From Octopus bimaculoides (Eukaryota): a DNA stretch of 64,000 nucleotides. This document shows, piece by piece, positions 51,501 to 64,000 of the stretch (the stretch's first letter is position 1; the number at the start of each line of letters is the position of its first letter). The notes below the pieces were generated by a model. That model did not search any database, was not told the DNA's origin, and saw nothing but the letters and a program-made list of their open reading frames with translations. The position numbers were made by a program, and so were the translations under genes. The stretch spans positions 3,963,924 to 4,027,923 of the forward strand of contig NC_069005.1 of the NCBI RefSeq assembly GCF_001194135.2, read 5' to 3'.

Positions 51501-51659
51501 TATTGTATATTTACATTAATATAAATTTTACGTGACGTCAATCCTGCATTCAACAAAGTTGTCTAATATAATTTTCCCACATCCTGCTGTCTGCAACATT
51601 CTCCTCAGATTTATAACTGTTATTAGGTATTACATGTACCGCTGTTAATGTAGTTTTGT

Positions 51660-51802
<143 letters not shown>

Positions 51803-52221
51803 TCAATTTTATTTATGTTATTAATACTACTATTATTAATTTTATTGCTGAGTTTCCTTCTGTTCATTTTTTTTCCTCTTTATATATATACTTTATTGTC
51901 GTGGCATGATGAAGTGTGCATCATGCGATTAAATTGGTTTTCCTCTATTTTTGACAGTCCGTATGGTAAATCGACAAAATTATACTGGAAATACATGTAG
52001 GAAATCCCGACATGGGCAACAATAAGCAGAACAACAACAAAAAAAGAAAAAAAAGATTTAACTAGTAAAATAATAAATTGCAGATATGACAATACGATGA
52101 ACTAAAGCTGCAATTGTAGCATAATATATCCTACAGCAATTCCATTATAATTAATACAAAACCGTTATAAATCACACACAGTAAATACAAGAGCATTATT
52201 ATTTATATTATTGTTGTTGAT

Positions 52222-52430
52222 ATGGCGGCGAGCTGTCAGAATTGTTAGTACTCTGAGCAAAATATTTAGCGGCATTTTGTCCGCCTTCGCGCTCTCAGTT
52301 CAAAATCTGCCGAGGTCGACTTTGCCTTTCATCCAATTGGAGTCGATAAGATATGTGCTTGTTGAAAACAGGGATCGATAAAATTGATTTACTCCCCCAT
52401 TTGAAAACAATATTATTGTTCTATATTTCA
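52222..52430 (+). mobile_element. SINE family A
   Basis: atggcggcgagctgtcagaattgttag...tcagttcaaaatctgccgaggtcgactttgcctttcatcc. Confidence 0.88.
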
Positions 52431-52450
52431 GAGATAAGGAATTATGTACT

Positions 52451-52641
52451 TTATTTATATTATTTATATTTGACGGATATTTGTCCTAATATTGTTTTGT
52501 TGTTAACACAACATTTCGGTTGATATACCCTCCGGCCTTCAAGACAACTGATGAAGGCTGGAGGGTGTATCAGCCGAAACGTTGTGCTAACAACAAACAA
52601 GATGTGGAAAATTATCCGTCAAATGTAAATAATGTAAATAA
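52451..52641. repeat. ~90-bp-arm hairpin made of two inverted copies of a hammerhead-containing repeat tail
   Basis: Left arm ttatttatattatttatatttgacggata...gatataccctccggccttca. Right arm tgaaggctggagggtgtatc...tatccgtcaaatgtaaataatgtaaataa. 10-nt loop. Confidence 0.92.
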
Positions 52642-52743
52642 TATACATATAGATATCTGTATATTTCTATATGTATATGTGTGTGTGTGCGCGCGTATCC
52701 GTGTGTGCGTGTGAGTGTATGTGTGTATGTTTTGTGTACAGAG

Positions 52744-52744
52744 T

Positions 52745-52797
<53 letters not shown>

Positions 52798-52835
52798 GCA
52801 GAGAGAGAGAGAGAGTTTCAGAGAGAGAGAGAGTC
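52744..52835. repeat. (GA)n microsatellite
   Basis: Seen directly. Confidence 0.95.
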
Positions 52836-55800
52836 GGAAAGAGGAGACAGTAAATTGTTTGAAATGAAAATAGGTAGGTCAAGAAATATAAGCTAAATTC
52901 AGAAATGAGACGATAGTTTCAAATTCAGAAGTATTAGATTAATTCTCTAAGCAGAAAACGTCGGTTATAACGTATATATTTCTTCTTTCAAATATGAATG
53001 TAAAGTGGCAATGGAGTATGAAAATATGAGGAAAATTGAAGAAGACGCTATCATGAAAGGACACCTTACGAGTGTTTCGTCATTAAGTGCATATCTGTAT
53101 GTGTGTGTGCATAGGTGTGTGCATGCGTGTATATATGTCTGTGTGCGCGGGTGAGTGGGTTTGAGAGGGTGTGACTGTGTGTATGTGTCTGTGTTCACAC
53201 GTGTGTGCTTTGCAACTGAATAACCAGAGGTACCGCACTAGACCTACTAAGGTTCAATTACAGGGCAGCAAATAAGGGTGTGGAGGATTTTGTGTTTGTG
53301 TGTATTAGTTTATGGATGTGTCTGTATGTGAGAATAGTCTAATATGTGTATTTTGGTGTTGCTTGTGTGTGTTTTGGTGTGTGCTATGTCTGAGAGAGCG
53401 TGTTTGTTTTTATGTGTGTTTGAGAGTGTGTTTTTATAAAAAGAAACGTAAGTTATATACGCAAACATGATATAATATCACAATGAAATATGATTTAATA
53501 AACTGTGCATACCGATTTTAGTTACTGACTAAAAGTATGAAACTTTAGTAGACTCACTTACAAAATTTATGTTTTCGATTAAGCTAAAACAGTAATTGTC
53601 TTGCACAAATTATTCGATCGCAAAACGCGTATCTAGAATTCTTCTTTGCAATATGTATAAATCAACCTTATGCACGTGAGAGGCATCTGCTGTTAAAAAG
53701 AGTTTCCTAATGAATGAATGAATGAATGAATGACACTAATACAAAAAGACTTATGCTCTATTCACTCTTATAATTTATGATTAATCTTTTGGCTTAAGTT
53801 CCACAAAACTTATGAATAACTATTTATTCCTAAACAATATATTTCTCAATAATCCCTAATGCAAACGTTATCAAAGACAGCTACAGCTGTCCCTTTGTAT
53901 ACGATTGTGTAAACTGTTATATCTAAATGTGTGAACATGCTACATTCCCTTTTTCTATGCATATTTCAAAATTCCTAGCTGCGTTCCTGTCGGTGTATTC
54001 TTGTAACACACTATTAGCTAACTTCTTCCTTTTAGGCTTGATTGAAAAGGAAACGCTAAGTAGGGATGATTCAAAATCTACTCCAAAAAGATTGTTGAAA
54101 TGCATGAATAAATTCATACATTGAGAAATGTGACTTATCAGTACTCTTCCTTCACTAAATACCTCCGGAGATTTGACGGTAATAGTATTTGTATTAGATT
54201 TTTATGTTATAGAACATGCACTCTCTTGCATTAAGATAGCCATATGTTGTGATTTAGATTCTTTGGGGATATATTACAATTTGCTGCAGAAATTTACGCT
54301 GTTGGAAAAAGAAATAAAACAGGTGAATTCATGCAGTCAATTCCGCTGTTGTATATTAAGAAGTTTCTAGCCTATTTCAGAATAGAGTACGTAATTTGAA
54401 ATATAATGGATATACTGCTGTTTGACATATAGAAATATATTTTTAAATTGACACTAAACAAAAGATAGTAATATGAAATACTGCCATATTTACATTGCTG
54501 ATAGTAACGCTCCTAATACTCCTTTGAGTTTCAGTGAGTGTGGTATTAGCTTTTATATACTTTTCCTTCTAGCATCTCACTGTCATTTATCTTAAGCAAA
54601 TAATCATGATTTCTTATGAAGTCAAATGCAATTTTTCCTCAGGATCAACGATCCTATATTACGTTCTAAAAACATAGCCGCTTCATGTCCTTAGTGGTGC
54701 TATACATACTATATTGAAAACATCAAGATTTGTTTCCGCATGTACATAAATAAACATTTTATATTTCCGTAGCTTGCAATTTAAAATGAAGAATCAACAG
54801 AGAAGTTATTAACGGTATTCCACTGGTGAATTAAATCACAATGAAATAATTACTAATCATATACTGATATATTTGCGAAAATATATGGTTATATATTTAA
54901 GCGAAAACTCTCAACATCAAGTATGTTTGTAAGCTGCAAGCAATAATCGGCTGTTTCAGAGGAAGCAAAATAATTAGATACTATACGAAAAGATAAAAAT
55001 GATAATGTATTGGCATAGCGAATGAATTTCACAAAGTCATGAAGAAATTTTGGGGTTCTACTATTTGCCACTCCGCTCAATGGTTTGCGTACATTCCACA
55101 TATATTTTGTTTGTTTTGTGATTTTTTATCACCGCTTTCCATTCAACATTGTTTGTGGCTGACTAAAATTCCTCGGTGCCAAAGTAAATTTCATTAATGT
55201 AATCGGAACTTGGTGAATAGACATGCTGTGTAGAACTCATTGTATAACAATTGCAACACGGGCTTCGGTTAGTTAAAAATACATTTCTACCCCACACTGT
55301 CCTGTTCCCTTCGAAGAATTTGAATAATATACACATATATACATACGTATATATATGTTGATTTGAGTTACATCCAAATGCGTGGCACTGGAAATATGAT
55401 CACTTTTCTAGTATAAATAGTCTTTATGAAATTAAATATACACTATCACACCTTCATCAAAATTTGACGGATATGTAGTTGAAAAATCCTTATTTAATTT
55501 TATTTTTTGCAATTTTATAAGGCCCAACAATGCTACATATTTTAAACCGCTGAAATACAAAGAGAGTATATGTCTGTCCTGTAAATCTCATGGACAATTT
55601 TCCGCTACGAAAAATCTATATGCATGGAAATTCGACGTTCAGAATCAAAGGACAATTTGCAAATTCAGCTTTATTAAATATTTCATAGACGAAATATTTA
55701 TTCATATCATAAAATTGACATAGGACCCTACTGAATAAATTTATTTACGTATTTGATTTTTCACATAGAATGAATATATTTGAATTATTTCTAAATTTCA

Positions 55801-55947
55801 TCTCGATTCTATATAAAAGGATATTTAAAAAATTCTATATAGATTGCGTTCTATAAATTTATATGCGGAAGGAAACTCTGTGTTTAATTTACGTACACTT
55901 CGCTTCCAGGAAACTGGATAACCGAGTATATGGAAGAGGCATATATA

Positions 55948-55979
<32 letters not shown>

Positions 55980-56690
55980 CGTATGTATACATAAACGTAT
56001 ATATATATATATATGAGTGTATGTAGAGTATGTATATCTAGATAGATAGGTAGAGATAGATAGATAGATAGAGAGGGAGAGAGAGAGAGAGAAAATGCGA
56101 AAGAGGGGGGAGAGGGAGGAGAGAAAACAGTTAACGAAAGATATATATTGAATGCATATGAATACATACTACTTAAACTACTTCGAAACGTGTAGCTGTG
56201 AGTATGTATGTACGTGTGTGTATATATGCAGATATTACTATGAAAATATTTTGGAATTATCAATGTGATACATAAAAGTATGTACGGCTACAAATATCGA
56301 TTTTGTTAATAAAATTTTCAGCATTTTTTCTAATGTTTCTTCTATACTATTAGAAATGGCAAGTTGAAGGAAAACGATGGTGTATTGCCGTTTTCGACAC
56401 AGAAGTACTTTTGGAAAACGCTGCAACAAATAAATGTTTGTTTATTTATTTCTTTTCTTGCAGATTTATATATATTTTATTATTATTTTTATAGTTCACA
56501 TTTCATATTTCGTTTAGCATCGTTACACGGTAAGTTCACGATTGCGGTTAACATTCTAAAGCATGTGCCACTCTTATTTGTAGATTCATATCAATCACAG
56601 TTACGATTTATGATATATTATTGCGTAAAATTGCATATGCATGGGTCTGTGCACACACACGCACGCACATGTGTGTATATATATATATAT

Positions 56691-56940
56691 ACTCTTTTAC
56701 TGTTTTACTTGTTTCAGTCTTTTGACTGTGGCCATGCTGGAGCACCGCCTTTAGTCGAGCAAATCGACCCCAGGACTTATTCTTTGGAAGCCTAGTACTT
56801 ATTCTTTCGGACTCTTTTGCCGAACCGCTAAGTTACGGGGGACATAAACACACCAGCATCAGTTGTCAAGCGATGTTGGGGGGACAAACACAGACATACA
56901 AACACATACACACATACGTATATATATACATATATACGAC
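56691..56940 (-). mobile_element. SINE family B, 3' half, apparently young copy, runs into gap
   Basis: tgtttcagtcttttgactgtggccatgctggagcaccgcctttagtcgagcaaatcgacccc...gccgaaccgctaagttacggg...ggttgtcaagcgatg. Confidence 0.92.
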
Positions 56941-57787
56941 NNNNNNNNNNNNNNNNNNNNNNNNNNNNNNNNNNNNNNNNNNNNNNNNNNNNNNNNNNNN
57001 NNNNNNNNNNNNNNNNNNNNNNNNNNNNNNNNNNNNNNNNNNNNNNNNNNNNNNNNNNNNNNNNNNNNNNNNNNNNNNNNNNNNNNNNNNNNNNNNNNNN
57101 NNNNNNNNNNNNNNNNNNNNNNNNNNNNNNNNNNNNNNNNNNNNNNNNNNNNNNNNNNNNNNNNNNNNNNNNNNNNNNNNNNNNNNNNNNNNNNNNNNNN
57201 NNNNNNNNNNNNNNNNNNNNNNNNNNNNNNNNNNNNNNNNNNNNNNNNNNNNNNNNNNNNNNNNNNNNNNNNNNNNNNNNNNNNNNNNNNNNNNNNNNNN
57301 NNNNNNNNNNNNNNNNNNNNNNNNNNNNNNNNNNNNNNNNNNNNNNNNNNNNNNNNNNNNNNNNNNNNNNNNNNNNNNNNNNNNNNNNNNNNNNNNNNNN
57401 NNNNNNNNNNNNNNNNNNNNNNNNNNNNNNNNNNNNNNNNNNNNNNNNNNNNNNNNNNNNNNNNNNNNNNNNNNNNNNNNNNNNNNNNNNNNNNNNNNNN
57501 NNNNNNNNNNNNNNNNNNNNNNNNNNNNNNNNNNNNNNNNNNNNNNNNNNNNNNNNNNNNNNNNNNNNNNNNNNNNNNNNNNNNNNNNNNNNNNNNNNNN
57601 NNNNNNNNNNNNNNNNNNNNNNNNNNNNNNNNNNNNNNNNNNNNNNNNNNNNNNNNNNNNNNNNNNNNNNNNNNNNNNNNNNNNNNNNNNNNNNNNNNNN
57701 NNNNNNNNNNNNNNNNNNNNNNNNNNNNNNNNNNNNNNNNNNNNNNNNNNNNNNNNNNNNNNNNNNNNNNNNNNNNNNNNNNNNNNN
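56941..57787. other. Assembly gap (N run)
   Basis: N run. Confidence 1.
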
Positions 57788-58423
57788 AAATAACTCTACA
57801 GCCACTGACCTTAGCCAGAACGGACACAAGTATCCACTACTAGATTTCTTCCCCCACACCTATGCACGTCAAGTCTATCACAGACACCCACTACTCACTT
57901 TAAATTCCTTACATTTTGCTCTATTCTTTCACCGTACTTTCCTCTACCGCCTCATCCCCTCTCTGATCTTCTCAGCCACCCCAAACCCAATTCTTAGACA
58001 CCATACACCTTACTTTATCTTAAAGACAATCCTTAAATACACCCCTCACTCTTTCTACCTCTATTTCTTTTCTTTTCTTTTACCACTTAATAACCACCTC
58101 CGCTAACATTCAGTCTTTGAGCGTTGATATATTCGCATCTTTTTTCTTTGGATATTTACTATATCGAGACTTTAACCCACAATGGATCTACGCAGGATTG
58201 CACCTAACGACTTATGCTCTCCTTTCTATAAAGTCGGAAAGTTGAACTATGAACTCTTATGCTTCTTTTTCCTTCGTTCTCTCCATTTCCTTATTCTTTT
58301 ACTCCCTTCCTTTTTGTCTTCAAATCATTATTATTCACAATACACTATATATCTTGAGGTGTTTGCCTTGCTTTATTGTTTGTTGAGAATGTTTTTTATT
58401 AAGAATTATATATATATATATAT

Positions 58424-59036
58424 NNNNNNNNNNNNNNNNNNNNNNNNNNNNNNNNNNNNNNNNNNNNNNNNNNNNNNNNNNNNNNNNNNNNNNNNNNNNN
58501 NNNNNNNNNNNNNNNNNNNNNNNNNNNNNNNNNNNNNNNNNNNNNNNNNNNNNNNNNNNNNNNNNNNNNNNNNNNNNNNNNNNNNNNNNNNNNNNNNNNN
58601 NNNNNNNNNNNNNNNNNNNNNNNNNNNNNNNNNNNNNNNNNNNNNNNNNNNNNNNNNNNNNNNNNNNNNNNNNNNNNNNNNNNNNNNNNNNNNNNNNNNN
58701 NNNNNNNNNNNNNNNNNNNNNNNNNNNNNNNNNNNNNNNNNNNNNNNNNNNNNNNNNNNNNNNNNNNNNNNNNNNNNNNNNNNNNNNNNNNNNNNNNNNN
58801 NNNNNNNNNNNNNNNNNNNNNNNNNNNNNNNNNNNNNNNNNNNNNNNNNNNNNNNNNNNNNNNNNNNNNNNNNNNNNNNNNNNNNNNNNNNNNNNNNNNN
58901 NNNNNNNNNNNNNNNNNNNNNNNNNNNNNNNNNNNNNNNNNNNNNNNNNNNNNNNNNNNNNNNNNNNNNNNNNNNNNNNNNNNNNNNNNNNNNNNNNNNN
59001 NNNNNNNNNNNNNNNNNNNNNNNNNNNNNNNNNNNN
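58424..59036. other. Assembly gap (N run)
   Basis: N run. Confidence 1.
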
Positions 59037-59180
59037 AGCTGATGAAGTAGAATGTTCTCTATGTGGCTCGTGTGTTCTCGTCTACGTTTGTTTGCAATGT
59101 CCTGTACCCAGATATGCACCTATACATACAGGTGGATGTCGGTATGCACATACCTGTACGTATAGATGCATATACTCATT
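59037..59180 (+). repeat. Dispersed repeat, second copy of 8295-8445
   Basis: See the 8295-8445 entry. The translated ORFs share VLYPDMH.YIQ.DVGM. Confidence 0.7.
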
Positions 59181-59192
59181 TACTTTTGTTTT

Positions 59193-59251
<59 letters not shown>

Positions 59252-60195
59252 TTCAGCTGCATAAGGCCGCTATGAAACGACTGAAATGAATACTGATATA
59301 AAAGAATAAATGAATAAATATGAATATCTATCTATATATGAATGTGTGTATGTGTGTGAAATCTATCACTTGAATGCGTTAAGCATTCAAAAAACAAGAA
59401 TTCAACATCACAGTTCATCTGGATTAAAAATAATCACTTGCCGGTAGGCTTATTTAAATATGAATTCATGCAGTCTTTTTATGAATACCAATACCTAAAT
59501 GTACCCTCTGTGTGAATGAAACTCGACTGCACAAATTACGATGATCGATGATTTTGTCCATGAGGTGGTATTTAAGTTAGTGTGTTCAACGCCGAGATAT
59601 CTTCAAGCGCCATATTGAATGACGTACAGAGGCTATATTATTTCATATTTGTAATATGAGAGTTATTAGTGTGAACCCGGCCACCTTAAAATTTAAAAAT
59701 CAAGTGCATCAACAATGATTGTAGCTATGAATATTTCATCATCTCCCTACACTATGCAATTATATCTGTCGCCAAAAGATTACAAGGAAAAACAGTGAAC
59801 TGACCTACGGCCTACAGCATATTACATCGCATTCTTCTCCCGGTTATTCACGTTACATGAAAACCCAATCTGTAATTTATGGTATATTTCTATAGCTCTT
59901 TATTCCTTTTAATCGAAGCTTGTTTATATTATTTTGTTATATAATATGTCGGGGTCTCTTTGAAGAATATGTCTCTTCATCGCATAATATGCTTCCAATA
60001 GAGACAGTGGTGCGAATATCTTTGTCCTCTCTGTTTGCATTCAATAATTTCATGGCGCCAAACAGAAGAAGAAAAAAAGTACTTGTATAACGTGGGCTAC
60101 CGACTCGTTAACTATCCGATAGGGGCCACCAGTTCGAATGCATGAAGTTCCGTTTAATATATACCTGCATGCATAAATACATACATCCATGCATC

Positions 60196-60229
<34 letters not shown>

Positions 60230-61255
60230 CACACACAAAGTTATATATAAACATATACATATATTCATTTATATAAACATATGTATATATATTTATATAT
60301 ATATACATATATACCTATGTTTATATAAATAAATATATGTATACGTGTATATATACGTGTGAATAAATAGATAAACATATATACGTATATGTATATATAT
60401 ATATATATATGGAATATGTAAGAGAAAAACCAAAAAGAAACAGCGAATGCTTGATTCGAGAGCAATAAAGCTATCTAGTCACTGTTTAATGAATAAGAAT
60501 TTACAAGTTCAGTTGGCCGTTGCTTAGCAACGGGCCTTTTATCTGTTTTGTACCTTGGTGTTATGTTATAAAGAGGATAACAATGAAAAACAGCCATACA
60601 TATTGCAAGTTCCAAACTGATGGGAGGTTCTCAGAGCGAAGCTAGAATATTCAAAGCTGAAAAATCAATATATTCATGTGTGACTCCTCGGGGTTTCAAA
60701 CGATCATGATTTCTCACTCATCAATCAAATGGAAAATTGCAGTAACTTTATTACATTCAACTGTGTTATTAACAAGCTAATGCTACTAGTGATTTCTGAG
60801 AAGGAATTGAGGAATATTCATTATAAACACATCACCAACATCTTTAAGAATTTGGTTTCCTATAACCGAAACATAAGAGTAGTCCCGGTAATAATTAATG
60901 TCATATATGAAATTCAATGTTTCTGCGTATTTGCATATTGAACTTACACATTTACGTAAGTACCTGTGCGTACACTCTCTCTCCGAATATGTATATATAT
61001 ACACGATATTAAGTACATAAATGTGAAACAAGGTGGGAAACAACAGTACTCGATTACCGGAGATAGAGTAATGTACTTTATTATTAAAGCTGCAGAAACA
61101 TCACAATGATTTCACAAAAAATGCTACTCAGTATTTCTCGTTCCCGTCAGTCAGACACTTTTGATTTAGAACCAATCAAAACTGTCCGACGAAGAGGACC
61201 TTGAATCACAGTTTTTTATGTTGTTTTTGTGATGTTTTTGAAGCGTTCATGAAAA

Positions 61256-61311
<56 letters not shown>

Positions 61312-61335
61312 TAAAGAGATACATATGTGTGTATG

Positions 61336-61393
<58 letters not shown>

Positions 61394-61761
61394 TATATAC
61401 ACAAATGTACACATATATATGTATACACTAGCAAATGCACCCGTAATTTGGTCGGTTTAAGTTGCTTTGGTGGTATTTTTTCACCAAAAGATTGAACTAC
61501 CGAGGTTTATGAGTTGCACGACAATCTATGTTTCTGCCGTCACGTAGTCGATCATGGAATTGCACTTTTGGCAAGTCAGCCCTCACGAATTGAAAAGACG
61601 TTCTTACGAAATATGCATGTCACTACCTCTCTTCTTATATAGTTCATGTATATAGTTCATGTATACATGTATATATTTGTACGTATGTAAATATGCGTAT
61701 ATATCTGTACCTATGTGAGTACACATATATGTAAATATGTGCATATATATCTGTATGAATA

Positions 61762-61968
61762 TACGAGGATGTACTGAAATATTCTTGGATTTAGATTTTT
61801 TAAAAAGCAGTCAATTATGATTTTGTACAGCATTTTGTACCCTCACACACTTTTCGTAGCGGTTTCTCATTTTTTTCTAAGCTCTGTAAAAAGAACTTGG
61901 AAGGTTGTGCCACTAACCAGGTCTTTCGCGATACCTTAAAGCCAGGAGCTTTTCATCACACCTCCCAA
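61762..61968. mobile_element. Mariner-derived MITE (~205 bp) with both terminal inverted repeats
   Basis: Left tacgaggatgtactgaaatattcttggattt. The right end, reverse-complemented, reads ggaggtgtgatgaaaagctcctggcttt. Confidence 0.7.
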
Positions 61969-62222
61969 TATGTTTCTATGCATGTATACTGTGAGCATGG
62001 CTTCTTTGCAGATAAATATGGTTTATCGCAATGCAAGAAAACACTGTTAACTAAATGACATGATATAAAAGTATATGAACATTTTGAAAAATCTTATCAT
62101 AAACAAAGTTTTGTTGCTGATATTTGGTGCTGGCGTATAACAGTTAATGTCGAATTCGATGGCAGAGATAATAATACATTGAGAATGATAGAGTAGTAGA
62201 GAGATAAAGGGATGGGTATATA

Positions 62223-62603
62223 AGTGATGTAGAAGCTGTAGATATAGAGAAATCAAGAGATCTGTATAACCGAGTAAGTGTCGCTTAACCACAGTAATGA
62301 AATGCGTGTAACGAGATCAATACCTAAATATTTAAGTAGATAACTGCCTTGTACTATTTCTGATATGTTAGTGGTAGCTTATCAAATTCCTATAGTGGAG
62401 TTATTGTGGCCCTTCAATGTATTATATGGCTATTTATTCGTAAGTATGTAGATCAGCCCTGTGTTGAATACTGATGATAGAACAGATGCAGCGTCCTTCT
62501 TTATTATAAAAACATTAGGGCTTTAATTGTACTTTTTCCATATTCACCCTAAATATCTTGCGCAACACGTAATGTAAATGTTTTCCTTCGCACACACACG
62601 TAC

Positions 62604-62643
<40 letters not shown>

Positions 62644-63075
62644 TACGTATGTATATATATTAATGTATTTATATGCAATTATTGATAATAAAGAGTATAG
62701 AGGATTGTTCATCCACAAAATTTATTCTCTATATCTATAAAATTCTATATATATAAAATTAATCTCCTCCCTACGAAGTAACTTTGCATCTGTAGACAAC
62801 GTTTTTAGTTAGACATCTTGAGACCGAAGGGCATACAGTATTTCTGGCATAGTTGCATAGACCTGTTTCTATACTTCTACAATTTATTGTGTTGTTGAAT
62901 CCACTTGAAGTCTCTCGTAGAATAACCCATGGGAAGAATTCACGGACTAGCAACAAATAGTTACAGAAATTAAATAGTGATGTAGAAGCTGTAGATATAG
63001 AGAAATCAAAAGATCTGTATAATCGAGTAAGCGTCGCTTAATCACACTAATGAAATGCGTGTAACGAGATCAATA
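62223..63075. repeat. 100-bp direct repeat (62223-62322 and 62976-63075)
   Basis: agtgatgtagaagctgtagatatagagaaatcaa...tgaaatgcgtgtaacgagatcaata. I count five mismatches by eye. Confidence 0.92.
62700..62960 (-). mobile_element. Penelope-like element remnant, start of GIY-YIG endonuclease region
   Basis: The reverse translation LLVREFFP...LCNYARNTVCPSVSRCLTKNVVYRCKVTS resembles the Penelope C.C....CP..G.CL.KNVVY.C.V motif preceding GIY-YIG. Confidence 0.6.
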
Positions 63076-63927
63076 GTTAACTCAGAGCCAATACAGTAAC
63101 CGCTCGGATAACATATCCCTCCAAACTTATGTGTATATATATATATACATATATACATAAAACACTATAGAGTTTTACTTATTCAACTGGTCAAATTTAC
63201 CGCATTTATGAATCAGTTTAACTCAATCAACTGATATTAAATGGAAGGGTGTACATATGTTTGGAAGTAATATCTTACGTATAATAACTTATTTCATTGC
63301 TCCGGGTGTGCCAAAGTAACGGAGAAGGAAATACAGATTTTCTGAAATAGTACTTTAATGGTTCAAGAAAGAATCTCAAATATGGGCGACAGAAGAAGAC
63401 AGAAGAGAGAATATATCAGAAGGAAGAAGTTTATAAATGTTTCGTAGTAAGTGGAATCGGAAATATGTTCGAGTATATAGAGGGGAACGAGAGCTTAATT
63501 TGTGGATGTTGTGAGCTGTAGAATATATAAAACAAAGAAAGTAACGAGTAGTGTTTAGAGAGGAACACAGAGATCTCAGTGGATCTGTCAGCGATCGATA
63601 AGTATTTACGAGTCTTGCTTATACGTACGTCATGTTTTAGTCTATTTGAAACGGTAAAATTAATTTAAAATTTGGAATGGCCAATTCAATTTGTAGTTAG
63701 GAGTTAGAATAAGACAGAGGTTGTTATACTTAATTAAATGTGTCAGATAAATCGTTGGACATTAATGGAGTTAAATAAATGTAAATCTATTCTGATTACT
63801 TGTATTAAGGACCAAGCGTATTTACGTTCGCTATAACGAGTAGGTGTGATTTGGCTACAAATTTGTGTCTCAATGTTGAAGTTGTATGTATAACTACTCA
63901 CACATGCATGTGTTTGTGTATGTATGC

Positions 63928-63964
<37 letters not shown>

Positions 63965-64000
63965 TATATAAATATATATACATATATATATATAAATATA

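Noticed and set aside
54037-54124. Strong acceptor followed by GLIEKETLSRDDSKSTPKRLLKCMNKFIH*
   Set aside because: No recognisable domain and no linked upstream exon.
61427-61620. ACTAGC...CCCG start resembling non-autonomous Helitron-type elements
   Set aside because: No matching 3' hairpin or CTRR end could be identified.
62771-62956. Cys-spaced ORF as a second Ly6 exon
   Set aside because: Lacks the CxxC start and splice sites. It matches the Penelope pre-GIY-YIG motif better.

Overview
AT-rich, intron- and repeat-dominated eukaryotic DNA with six assembly gaps. The SINE, mariner and Penelope repertoire suggests an octopod cephalopod (inference). I can support one protein-coding gene, which the ORF track misses because it is spliced. 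It is a + strand Ly6/uPAR (three-finger, quiver/sleepless-like) gene: exons 7441-7480, 7594-7743 and 25676-25911 join through two phase-1 GT-AG introns (113 nt and 17,932 nt) into a 141-aa protein with a signal peptide, a 10-Cys LU domain ending C-x4-CN, and a GPI-anchor-type tail. The rest is tRNA-derived SINEs (three families), Tc1/mariner and Penelope-like remnants, and microsatellites. Structural oddities include a ~1.26-kb foldback in the large intron, a perfect 32-bp palindrome, a ~240-bp foldback, and four degenerate hammerhead-ribozyme-like motifs, one of them trapped in a ~190-nt hairpin. Almost all ORFs in the supplied track are microsatellite, gap or repeat artefacts. Everything was read by eye; no database search was run.
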